This document shows positions 47,059 through 54,783 of a stretch of 64,000 nt of DNA, one piece after another. The position numbers were made by a program, and so were the translations under genes. The stretch's first letter is position 1. Every line of letters begins with the position of its first letter. The notes under the pieces are model-generated. The model did no database searches. It was not told the DNA's origin and was given only the letters and a program-made list of their open reading frames with translations. Source of the DNA: Candidatus Yanofskybacteria bacterium CG10_big_fil_rev_8_21_14_0_10_46_23 (GTDB lineage Bacteria > Patescibacteriota > Minisyncoccia > 2-02-FULL-40-12 > IGHO2-12-FULL-4); the NCBI GenBank assembly GCA_002771135.1, contig PCXO01000005.1:38061-102060 (forward strand), read 5' to 3'.

Positions 47059-48594
47059 ATGTTTTTTGGATCAATTCATCCACTTTTTGTGGCTATTTTT
47101 GGCGTGGCGATCGGAGTTGCTCTGGGTTATATAATCCGGAGATTTCTAGCCGATCATCGAATAAAATCAGCGGAAACTAAAGCTCAGACCATCTTAGGTG
47201 AGTCAAAATCGAAAGCCCAAGACATCCTCTTAGAGGCAAAAAATAAGGCGCTGAGAATTCTTGATGATGCCAAAAAAGAAGGGAAAGAGCGTCAAACTCA
47301 ATTAATCCGAATTGAGCGTCTCCTGACTAAAAAAGAAGTCGAGCTGGAAGAAAAAGGCAAAATAATTACCCGCGATCAAAAAAGTATTGAAGAGAAGGAG
47401 GGAGCCGTTACGAAAACCCGAGAAGAATTAGAGGATCTCAGAGTTCAACATACTCAAAAATTAGAGGCGTTATCCAAAATATCTCGAGAAGATGCTCGCG
47501 TTCAACTATTCCAAAAAATAGAGGACGAGAACCGCGAAGAGATTCAAGAACGGATAAAAAAACTTGAGCGGGACAAGCGGGATGAGCTTGAGCAAAGAGC
47601 CAAAGATATCCTCACGGTGATTATCCAACGCTACGCCGGCTCTCACGTAACCGACGTTTCCACGACGGTGGTTTCTTTGCCCTCGGATGAAATTAAGGGG
47701 AAAATTATCGGCAAGGAGGGGCGGAACATCAAGACGATTGAGCGCCTAACCGGAGTTGATGTTATTATCGACGATACTCCGGAAACTTTAATTTTATCCG
47801 GCTTTGATCCGGTTCGGCGTCAGATTGCCCGATTGGCCTTAGAAAAATTAATAAGTGACGGGCGAATCCACCCGGCTAAAATTGAAGAGATGGTTTCCAA
47901 GGCTACGGACGAGATTGATAAAAAAATAAAGGAAGCCGGGGAGGCCAGTTTATATGAGCTGGGCATCGGCCCCGTTGATGAAAAGCTGGTCTATCTTTTG
48001 GGTCGCTTGGCCTTTCGAACCAGTTTCGGCCAAAATGTCTTACTCCACTCGATTGAAGTGGGTCACATCTCCGGAATGTTGGCGCAGGAACTCGGAGCCG
48101 ATCCTGTTATCGCCAAAAAGGCGGGCCTCTTTCACGATATCGGCAAAGCGGTCGACCATGAAGTTCAGGGCAGTCATGTTCAAATTGGCCGAAAAATACT
48201 GGAAAAGTTTGGGGTTGATCAGGAAGTTATCCGCGCCATGGAGGCCCACCATGAAGAATACCCCTATACCAGCCTAGAATCCCGAATTGTTCAAACCGCA
48301 GATGCGATCTCCGGAGCTCGTCCGGGCGCTCGGCGGGACACGGTTGAGATTTACCTCAGGCGCCTCGAGGATCTCGAGCGAATCGCCAATTCTTTCGGGG
48401 GCGTAGAGAAAACCTACGCCGTTCAAGCGGGTCGAGAGCTTCGAGTTTTCGTTTCCCCCAGTGAAATGGACGATTTAACCGCCATGAAATTAGCCAAGGA
48501 TATTGCCAAAAAAATTGAAGAAGAGGTTCGATATCCGGGAGAAATAAAGGTAAACGTTATCCGAGAAACTCGAGCAATTGAGTACGCTCGATAA
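47059..48594 (+). CDS. rny: ribonuclease Y
   Basis: N-terminal TM, long coiled coil, KH domain (GKIIGKEGRNIKTIERLTGV), HD domain (HSIEVGHISGMLAQELG...GLFHDIGKA). Confidence 0.85.
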   Translation: MFFGSIHPLFVAIFGVAIGVALGYIIRRFLADHRIKSAETKAQTILGESKSKAQDILLEAKNKALRILDDAKKEGKERQTQLIRIERLLTKKEVELEEKGKIITRDQKSIEEKEGAVTKTREELEDLRVQHTQKLEALSKISREDARVQLFQKIEDENREEIQERIKKLERDKRDELEQRAKDILTVIIQRYAGSHVTDVSTTVVSLPSDEIKGKIIGKEGRNIKTIERLTGVDVIIDDTPETLILSGFDPVRRQIARLALEKLISDGRIHPAKIEEMVSKATDEIDKKIKEAGEASLYELGIGPVDEKLVYLLGRLAFRTSFGQNVLLHSIEVGHISGMLAQELGADPVIAKKAGLFHDIGKAVDHEVQGSHVQIGRKILEKFGVDQEVIRAMEAHHEEYPYTSLESRIVQTADAISGARPGARRDTVEIYLRRLEDLERIANSFGGVEKTYAVQAGRELRVFVSPSEMDDLTAMKLAKDIAKKIEEEVRYPGEIKVNVIRETRAIEYAR

Positions 48595-48730
48595 TCTGTT
48601 TAAAAGTCGAAAAGTTGCAGTTATCTACAGATAGTGCTAGAAATACAGTATAATTACACAATAAAAGTAATTTAACGTTATCTTCTCTCGCCGAGGTCAA
48701 AACCAAGATGAGGAAGGTAGGTACGTATTT

Positions 48731-49015
48731 ATGGACAAGACAGTTACAAAAGCAAAATTTGTTCAGAGACTGGCTGATAAGATGAACGCCAGCAAGAAAG
48801 ACGCTCAGGATTGGCTCGATGTTATTTTTGATGAGATTGTTGCCGTTATGAAAGAAGGCGACAAGGTCAACATCACCGGCTTTGGAATTTTCCGAATTTA
48901 TGATCGAAAAGCCCGCATGGGTCGAAACCCTGCGACCGGTGAACCTGTTCAGATTGCCGCCAAGCGAATGCCTAAATTCCGACCGGGCAAAGTTTTGAAA
49001 GAAGCGATCGAGTAA
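48731..49015 (+). CDS. hup: DNA-binding protein HU
   Basis: KAKFVQRLADKMNASKKDAQDWLDVIFDEIVAVMKEGDKVNITGFGIFRIYDRKARMGRNPATGEPVQI - canonical HU/IHF fold. Confidence 0.85.
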   Translation: MDKTVTKAKFVQRLADKMNASKKDAQDWLDVIFDEIVAVMKEGDKVNITGFGIFRIYDRKARMGRNPATGEPVQIAAKRMPKFRPGKVLKEAIE

Positions 49016-49043
49016 AGACTCACAGCGGTTAGATAGATCAAAA

Positions 49044-49071
49044 AACCTCCGTATCAAACGGAGGTTTTTTG
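49044..49071 (+). terminator. rho-independent terminator
   Basis: AACCTCCG-TATCAAA-CGGAGGTTTTTTG. Confidence 0.65.
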
Positions 49072-49125
49072 ATTAGAATAAATAAAATCCCCACTCAATC
49101 AGTGGGGTGGACGGACTTAAAAAAA

Positions 49126-49674
49126 TTATCTTTGCTTCGGCCAGTAGCCGTGAGCTAGTTTTGATTTCAAAATTTCTTTTTCTGATAGAACCTTCTCACC
49201 TGGCTCAAAGATAAGTTTTTTTACTTTAGATTTCTTAAGTCTCGATTTTCTACAAACTAATCGAGACATCCAAGAACTATCACGATCAAGTTCTCGAATA
49301 TAATGCTTTAAATCCCCGATATTTAGACCTCGAGTTGTCCCGGTTGTTATCGGGTGAAACAACATTCTTGCTCCTGGCGATATCCAACGCCTCTGGCCAG
49401 AAAGGAAGATGATAACCCCGCAAGATTCAGCCGAACCGGTTATCACGGTCTGAATGGGAGATTTTATAACTGTTGTTAAAGTTTCAAAAATCGCCCTGCT
49501 TGAGCGAACTATCCCGCCATTGAGATCAATCAAAATTGTTATTGGATCATTATTCTCCTGATCGAGTTGACGCGCTTTTTCAAGGAACTCGCCCGCCGTT
49601 TCGAAATTAATCTCACCAAAATAAGAAATAATTCGCCTCGGAACGCAAGGAAATGCACTTAACTTCTTACTCAA
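49126..49674 (-). CDS. ClpP-family serine protease (stand-alone, possibly phage-derived)
   Basis: ITILIDLNGGIVRSS...TVITGSAESCGVIIFLSG...RMLFHPI matches the ClpP Ser/His catalytic segments; 182 aa; no clpX adjacent. Confidence 0.55.
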   Translation of the reverse strand: MSKKLSAFPCVPRRIISYFGEINFETAGEFLEKARQLDQENNDPITILIDLNGGIVRSSRAIFETLTTVIKSPIQTVITGSAESCGVIIFLSGQRRWISPGARMLFHPITTGTTRGLNIGDLKHYIRELDRDSSWMSRLVCRKSRLKKSKVKKLIFEPGEKVLSEKEILKSKLAHGYWPKQR

Positions 49675-49781
49675 CTTATTCTCCTTTCAAAAAATAAACT
49701 ACCAAGATTTAACTATTAAAGTTCTAAAAATAATTTTTGTCAAACGTTCCCTCTCTCTTTTAAAAACCAAAACGTCTAATT

Positions 49782-49857
49782 TTGGAGCCGATGGTCGGAT
49801 TCGAACCGACGACCTCTACTTTACGAAAGTATTGCTCTACCAACTGAGCTACATCGG
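49782..49857 (-). tRNA. tRNA-Thr (anticodon CGT), CCA encoded
   Basis: Reverse complement folds: acceptor GCCGATG/CATCGGC, D-arm GCTC-AGTTGGTA-GAGC, anticodon loop TTCGTAA, T-arm GTCGG-TTCGAAT-CCGAC. Confidence 0.8.
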
Positions 49858-50094
49858 CACCATCTCGCTTTGATTAAGATCAAAGCTTCCTCCTTCGCCG
49901 GAGGCTTCGGAGGACAAGTCGGAAATAAGATAACCTTGCTTGTCATGCGAAGCCTCGGGCGAAGTCTGACCCGCCGAAGCTTGGGGATTAGTTCAATCGG
50001 AGGTGGGAGCTACCTCGGCCCTTTTTCGATCTTACCACATAAAATCTGATTTTCTTTTTAAACAATGGCTATTATGAGTATTTTTTCCCATAGG

Positions 50095-50340
50095 TTAAAT
50101 TGTCCGTAAGATTTGTTTGAGCTTTCTTCGCCCACCTCCATTTTTCCAGTATAGTTCTCTTTTTCTTGCCTCTATTGATGTATTAAACTCTTCAGAAAAC
50201 AATAGATCTAATGGGCGCCTGAATTTAGTAGATTTTACTTGTCCCGAATTATGTTTCTTTAACCTCTCCTCCAGATTATTTGTATAGCCGACATAAGTTT
50301 TGTTATCCTTATTGCTTTTTAGGATATAAATATAAAACAC
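50095..50340 (-). CDS. GIY-YIG nuclease family protein (small stand-alone)
   Basis: MFYIYILKSNKDNKTYVGYTNNLEERLKKHNSGQ...; lies between tRNA-Gly and tRNA-Thr. Confidence 0.75.
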   Translation of the reverse strand: MFYIYILKSNKDNKTYVGYTNNLEERLKKHNSGQVKSTKFRRPLDLLFSEEFNTSIEARKRELYWKNGGGRRKLKQILRTI

Positions 50341-50548
50341 TAATCTGTTGAGAGCGGGTCGCCCGTTTGGGGCGGACCTCGCTCAAAATTTGGAACAAAT
50401 TTTGAGCGGGTGAAGGGAATCGGTCACGAATAATCTTTCACTTCCGTTCAAGATTTTCTCGACCCCAGCTCGCTTGTTCCACCCTTTGACGGAACATCGC
50501 TCCGCTTTTCGATTCCTTTAACAACCAATAAATTGGTTGTTAACCCGG

Positions 50549-50619
50549 AGCGGGTGAAGGGAATCGAACCCTCATCACTAGCTTGGAAGGCTAGAGCTCT
50601 GCCATTAAGCTACACCCGC
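50549..50619 (-). tRNA. tRNA-Gly (anticodon TCC)
   Basis: Reverse complement: acceptor GCGGGTG/CACCCGC, anticodon stem CTAGC/GCTAG with loop CTTCCAA, T-arm with TTCGATT loop; no encoded CCA. Confidence 0.8.
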
Positions 50620-50808
50620 CTGCGCCCCATAAAAATCTCGAGGCTTCGGCGAGGCAGGCCCGTTAATTTTGGGCCCGCCAAATAATATCTTGAAATTATG
50701 CTATGAAAACTTTTATTTATCAACAGTGGGGCGAGCAGAACTACCGATTTCTGACAACTTGCACCCGCGCCTGGTGGCGCGAGTACTGCGCTCCCCTTCG
50801 GTCGCTTG

Positions 50809-50881
50809 TATCCCGGGCAGGACTCGAACCTGCAACCGACAGCTTAGAAGGCTGTTGCTCTTCCGATTGAGCTACCGGGAC
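50809..50881 (-). tRNA. tRNA-Arg (anticodon TCT)
   Basis: Reverse complement: acceptor GTCCCGG/CCGGGAT, D-arm GCTC-AATCGGAA-GAGC, anticodon stem ACAGC/GCTGT with loop CTTCTAA, T-arm GCAGG-TTCGAGT-CCTGC. Confidence 0.8.
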
Positions 50882-51098
50882 ATATATTTTTTGAATAACA
50901 TGACTCCCATTTAAAGTATATAAATTGTTAATAATCAAAACGCTTGCCCCCCGAATCCGCCGACTGGCGGAGAAGGGGGAAGCTACCGGGACATGTTCGG
51001 ATATTATACCACGAAAGACATTGCCGGTAAATGGAAAGCGTGGTAAAATAATTTAGATTTAGTTATACTAAATTCCGCTTAAATTTAAATAGTTCCCT

Positions 51099-51172
51099 CG
51101 GGCTGTAGCGTAGCGGTTTAGCGCGCCTGCTTTGGGAGCAGGAGGTCGTCGGTTCGAATCCGACCAGCCCGA
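51099..51172 (+). tRNA. tRNA-Pro (anticodon TGG)
   Basis: Acceptor CGGGCTG/CAGCCCG, D-arm GCGT-AGCGGTTTA-GCGC, anticodon stem CCTGC/GCAGG with loop TTTGGGA, T-arm GTCGG-TTCGAAT-CCGAC. Confidence 0.8.
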
Positions 51173-51190
51173 CAGGTCGAAAATCAAAAT

Positions 51191-51266
51191 GGTGGTCGTA
51201 GCTCAATGGTAGAGCACCGCTCTGTGGCAGCGGTGGTTGTGGGTTCGAATCCCATCGATCACCCCA
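51191..51266 (+). tRNA. tRNA-His (anticodon GTG) with encoded G-1 and 3' CCA
   Basis: G-1 pairs with discriminator C73; acceptor GTGGTCG/CGATCAC; anticodon stem CCGCT/AGCGG with loop CTGTGGC; T-arm GTGGG-TTCGAAT-CCCAT. Confidence 0.85.
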
Positions 51267-51517
51267 TGAAGCCTGTAAACTTGAATAAAAAAAATATTAT
51301 CCGGATATTAATCACTTTAGTAGTTACGCTTTTTATTTTACCTAGAATTATGGTGACAGAACACTTCGCTTGCAGTGATTATTGCCCCGGGCCTGAGGAG
51401 CAATATCTTGTAAAAGTTTATCCTATAGTTTTTAATTCAGCCTGGTGTCGTTTAATTGGGGGTGATCCGGGCAGTTATAATGGTTGGGGTGAATTTAATA
51501 TTTGTCGAGTGAAGTAA
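51266..51517 (+). CDS. small secreted/membrane-anchored Cys-containing protein (hypothetical, 83 aa)
   Basis: ATG overlaps the last base of the tRNA-His CCA; hydrophobic signal/TM IIRILITLVVTLFILP; four Cys (CSDYCPGP...WCRL...NICRVK). The longer ORF-track start at 51206 overlaps the tRNA and was trimmed. Confidence 0.3.
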   Translation: MKPVNLNKKNIIRILITLVVTLFILPRIMVTEHFACSDYCPGPEEQYLVKVYPIVFNSAWCRLIGGDPGSYNGWGEFNICRVK

Positions 51518-51724
51518 TATTGCAGTTGCAACATCCCACACCAAGCAAACCCCCAGACAAAAATTTTTGCAAACAAAAATCCCAACCTCCTTTTGCCGAA
51601 AACATCTCTAAAAATTATAAAGAGAGAATCATCGAGAGCTTCTTTGACTCTTTTGGATAAAAGGGGTATTTTATTTTTGGAACTTTCAAACATTTAACAA
51701 CTTTTAGAGTGGGGGGATACGCAG

Positions 51725-52072
51725 ATGGAGAATAGATCCTCAGTTACAATGCACGGTGATGTGGCCGTCTTTCATCTGGACAAAAGAATAACTATTTCTG
51801 AAGGTGGATCGACTAAGTTCAAAAATAGAGTTCTGAACCTCTTGATAAATAAGAAGAAAAAAATCTTGCTCGATATGAGTAGGGTGGAATGTGTTGATTC
51901 CGGTGGAATTGGGGAGTTTGTACGGGCCTTTGTAACCACAACAAACAACGGTGGTCAGATTAAAATATATGCCATGTCTCGGGAGAAGGTTGACAGCCTT
52001 ACTTTTACAAAATTGGCGATGACTTTTGATACTTTTGAAGGCCTAGATGACGCCCTCGCGAGTTTAAACTAG
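51725..52072 (+). CDS. STAS-domain protein (anti-sigma-factor antagonist, SpoIIAA-like)
   Basis: LDMSRVECVDSGGIGEFVRAF...GGQIKIYAMSREKVDSLTFTKLAMTFDTFEGLDDA pattern of anti-anti-sigma STAS domains. Confidence 0.55.
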   Translation: MENRSSVTMHGDVAVFHLDKRITISEGGSTKFKNRVLNLLINKKKKILLDMSRVECVDSGGIGEFVRAFVTTTNNGGQIKIYAMSREKVDSLTFTKLAMTFDTFEGLDDALASLN

Positions 52073-52097
52073 CCCCCCCCGACTTAGATCAGAATAA

Positions 52098-52126
52098 TGA
52101 GTTGCAAGGCCGTTTGCGAAACGGCC
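52098..52126 (+). terminator. rho-independent terminator
   Basis: AAGGCCGTTTGCGAAACGGCCTTTTTTATTTTT. Confidence 0.65.
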
Positions 52127-52167
52127 TTTTTTATTTTTATTGAACCATTTGATAAAGTAGAAGAGAA

Positions 52168-52368
52168 ATGAAAATTGAGTTCAGTAAAAAACTTTGGGAC
52201 TTACCCAAGAAGATTCGCCAAAAGATAAGGAAGGAAGAACGCCTAGAGGCAATTCAGCGCTTAAAACGAATTCGGAAATTTCAGAAAATATTCTTTTGGC
52301 TAATCTCCACTATTATCGCCGGGGGCACCTTAATTGCTCTTTTGGCCGCCTTCGGCTATTATCACTAA
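52168..52368 (+). CDS. small basic protein with a C-terminal TM (hypothetical)
   Basis: 66 aa; KR-rich N-terminus and a single TM. Confidence 0.3.
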   Translation: MKIEFSKKLWDLPKKIRQKIRKEERLEAIQRLKRIRKFQKIFFWLISTIIAGGTLIALLAAFGYYH

Positions 52369-52419
52369 GTGGCATAAGTTTAAACCTCTGAAAGTTATCC
52401 GAGGCTAGGCCAAGAAAAT

Positions 52420-52791
52420 ATGGAAATTTTTAATATCTCGGCACAATTCAGCAGGTACGCCTTTCCTCTAATTCAATTAGGAGTTGGGATCATTTTTATT
52501 TATCACGGCTTACCCAAAATTATTAAGCTAGGCCAAACTAGCAAAATGATGCAAATGCCCTTAACGGCCGTACTAATCTTAGGTTTAGTCGAGACTCTCG
52601 GAGGAATCGGCCTAATCTTTGGGTCAACTTTCTTCATTCGTTTTTCCGCCCTTTTATTGGCCATTGTAATGATCGGCGCAATTTTCTTTAAAATTCGAAA
52701 ATTTAAGACCCCCTTCTCTAGCGGGCAAACTACCGGCTGGGAATTTGATTTCATCCTTTTGATCGCCAATATTGCCATTCTGATCAAATAA
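52420..52791 (+). CDS. DoxX-family membrane protein
   Basis: YAFPLIQLGVGIIFIYHGLPKI start; 4 TM; 123 aa. Confidence 0.55.
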   Translation: MEIFNISAQFSRYAFPLIQLGVGIIFIYHGLPKIIKLGQTSKMMQMPLTAVLILGLVETLGGIGLIFGSTFFIRFSALLLAIVMIGAIFFKIRKFKTPFSSGQTTGWEFDFILLIANIAILIK

Positions 52792-52846
52792 AAAAGGCCC
52801 GTCTTTCTTTTTTGCAATAAAAAGACAATTTCTCTATACTGGCTTT

Positions 52847-54691
52847 GTGAAAAGTGCTCAAATTCGCCAGAAATTTCTCGACTTCTTCGAGGCAAAAGGC
52901 CACACCATCGTGCCCTCGTTTTCGCTTGTGCCGGACAATGACCCCACAACGTTATTTACCTCTTCGGGAATGCAACCCATGGTGCCCTATCTTCTGGGGC
53001 AAGAACACCCCCTTGGGAGGCGCATCGTTGATTCTCAGCGATGTTTCCGGGCAGTTGATATTGAGGAGGTAGGCGATAGTCGTCATACAACTTTCTTTGA
53101 AATGCTGGGGAATTGGTCTTTCGGTGACTATTTCAAAAAAGAACAACTGACTTGGTTGTACGAATTTTTGACTAAGGAATTACAGATCGATTCGGACAAA
53201 CTTTATGTTACGTGTTTTGGAGGCGATAATCAGTTTAAACTTCCTAAGGACACTGAATCTTACGCGATTTGGAAAGAATTAGGCGTCCCGGAAGAACGCA
53301 TCTCATTTTACGGAGGTGAAAAGAACTGGTGGAACAGGGGTAAAACCGGTCCGGCGACAACCCCGATCGGCGACCCCTGCGGTCCGGACAGCGAAGTATT
53401 CTACGAGTTTAGCGACATTGCGCATAATCCAAAATTTGGCGAGGAGTGTCATGTCAATTGTGATTGTGGCCGATACGTTGAAATTGCGAACAGCGTCTTC
53501 ATGGAATATTTGAAACAGGATGAAACAACGTTTGTTCCGCTCGCCCAAAAAAATGTCGATTTTGGAGGAGGATTAGAGCGTATCGCCATGGCTGTTAACA
53601 ACGAGGCTGATATTTTCAAGGCGGTTGAAGTATTGGAAGCAATTATCAAAGAGCTGGAACGGCTCGGGGCTAATGCTTCCGTAGACTATCTGGCCAATAA
53701 TTTTCCTTTACGAATTATTGCCGATCATATACGGGCGGCTGTCTTCATGATTCAAGATGGCATTGTGCCTTCGAACAAAGAGGCGGGATATGTTCTCCGA
53801 CGACTCATCCGACGTTCAGCGCTACAGTTACATCAATTGCAGATAAAGGATCTCGTTGTCTGGAAAAATCTGGTTGGAATTATCGCCGAACATTATGGCG
53901 ATCTCTATCCAGAGTTAATCTCAAATAGAAATGGCAACCTAGAAATACTTCTCGCGGAAGTCAACAAGTTCAATGAAACTCTGGAAAAGGGCTTGAAGGA
54001 AATCACCAAAGTAGAACAACTGGACGGAAAGCTCGCGTTCAAGCTCTACGAGACCTACGGCTTCCCATTTGAATTGACCGAGGAAATCGCCCGAGAGCGA
54101 GGACAAGCGGTTGAATACGGGGTTTTTAGGGCTGAATTTAAAAAACACCAGACACTTTCTCGCCAGAACTCAAAAAGTAAGTTCGGCGGACATGGTTTGA
54201 TTCTAGACACCGGCGAGCTGAAAGCCGGCGATGAGATCGAATTAAAGAAAGCAACGCGACTCCACACGGCAACTCATTTACTCCAAGCCAGCCTTCGAAA
54301 AGTATTGGGGGAGAACATCCAACAACGAGGCTCCGACATAAACGCGGACCGACTTCGGTTCGATTTTTCGTTTGAGCGTAAACTAACTGATGAAGAAAAG
54401 GAGCGCGTCGAGATGAATGTTAACCATTTTATAAAAGAAGGACTCAAAGTAACCAAACAAGAGATGAGCTATGACGAGGCCATAAAAAGCGGAGCCTTGG
54501 CCTTTTTTAAACAAAAATATCCCGAACGGGTGACGGTTTATACTATTGCAACCAACTCGGGAGAGATTATCTCCAAAGAGCTGTGCGGGGGGCCCCACAT
54601 TGACAACTCTTCGAAACTAGGTAGTTTTGAGATAAAGAAAGAAGAATCGGTGGGCGCGGGTGTCCGCCGGATCAAAGCTGTTTTACAATAA
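52847..54691 (+). CDS. alaS: alanyl-tRNA synthetase (short form lacking the C-Ala domain)
   Basis: N-terminal catalytic core (FTSSGMQPMVPYLLG, RCFRAVDIEEVGDSRHTTFFEMLGNWSFGDYFK) and editing domain (HTATHLL...CGGPHI); only 614 aa. Confidence 0.9.
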   Translation: MKSAQIRQKFLDFFEAKGHTIVPSFSLVPDNDPTTLFTSSGMQPMVPYLLGQEHPLGRRIVDSQRCFRAVDIEEVGDSRHTTFFEMLGNWSFGDYFKKEQLTWLYEFLTKELQIDSDKLYVTCFGGDNQFKLPKDTESYAIWKELGVPEERISFYGGEKNWWNRGKTGPATTPIGDPCGPDSEVFYEFSDIAHNPKFGEECHVNCDCGRYVEIANSVFMEYLKQDETTFVPLAQKNVDFGGGLERIAMAVNNEADIFKAVEVLEAIIKELERLGANASVDYLANNFPLRIIADHIRAAVFMIQDGIVPSNKEAGYVLRRLIRRSALQLHQLQIKDLVVWKNLVGIIAEHYGDLYPELISNRNGNLEILLAEVNKFNETLEKGLKEITKVEQLDGKLAFKLYETYGFPFELTEEIARERGQAVEYGVFRAEFKKHQTLSRQNSKSKFGGHGLILDTGELKAGDEIELKKATRLHTATHLLQASLRKVLGENIQQRGSDINADRLRFDFSFERKLTDEEKERVEMNVNHFIKEGLKVTKQEMSYDEAIKSGALAFFKQKYPERVTVYTIATNSGEIISKELCGGPHIDNSSKLGSFEIKKEESVGAGVRRIKAVLQ

Positions 54692-54783
54692 AGAAAGGGA
54701 GTAGACGGCTTCGGCCGTTTTTTGTTTGGGGATAAGCTTTTGATTGGTTTTCAAGAGCCCATGCTATAATTTAAAGGTAAATT

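Noticed and set aside
50620-50808. ORF-track entries 50669..50914 (+) and 50741..50938 (-) between tRNA-Gly and tRNA-Arg.
   Set aside because: They overlap the tRNA-Arg gene and a GC-rich hairpin-dense spacer. They have no RBS and are treated as non-coding tRNA-operon spacer.
51206-51265. 5' extension of the ORF-track entry 51206..51517 across tRNA-His.
   Set aside because: It overlaps a confidently folded tRNA-His. The ORF was trimmed to the ATG at 51266.
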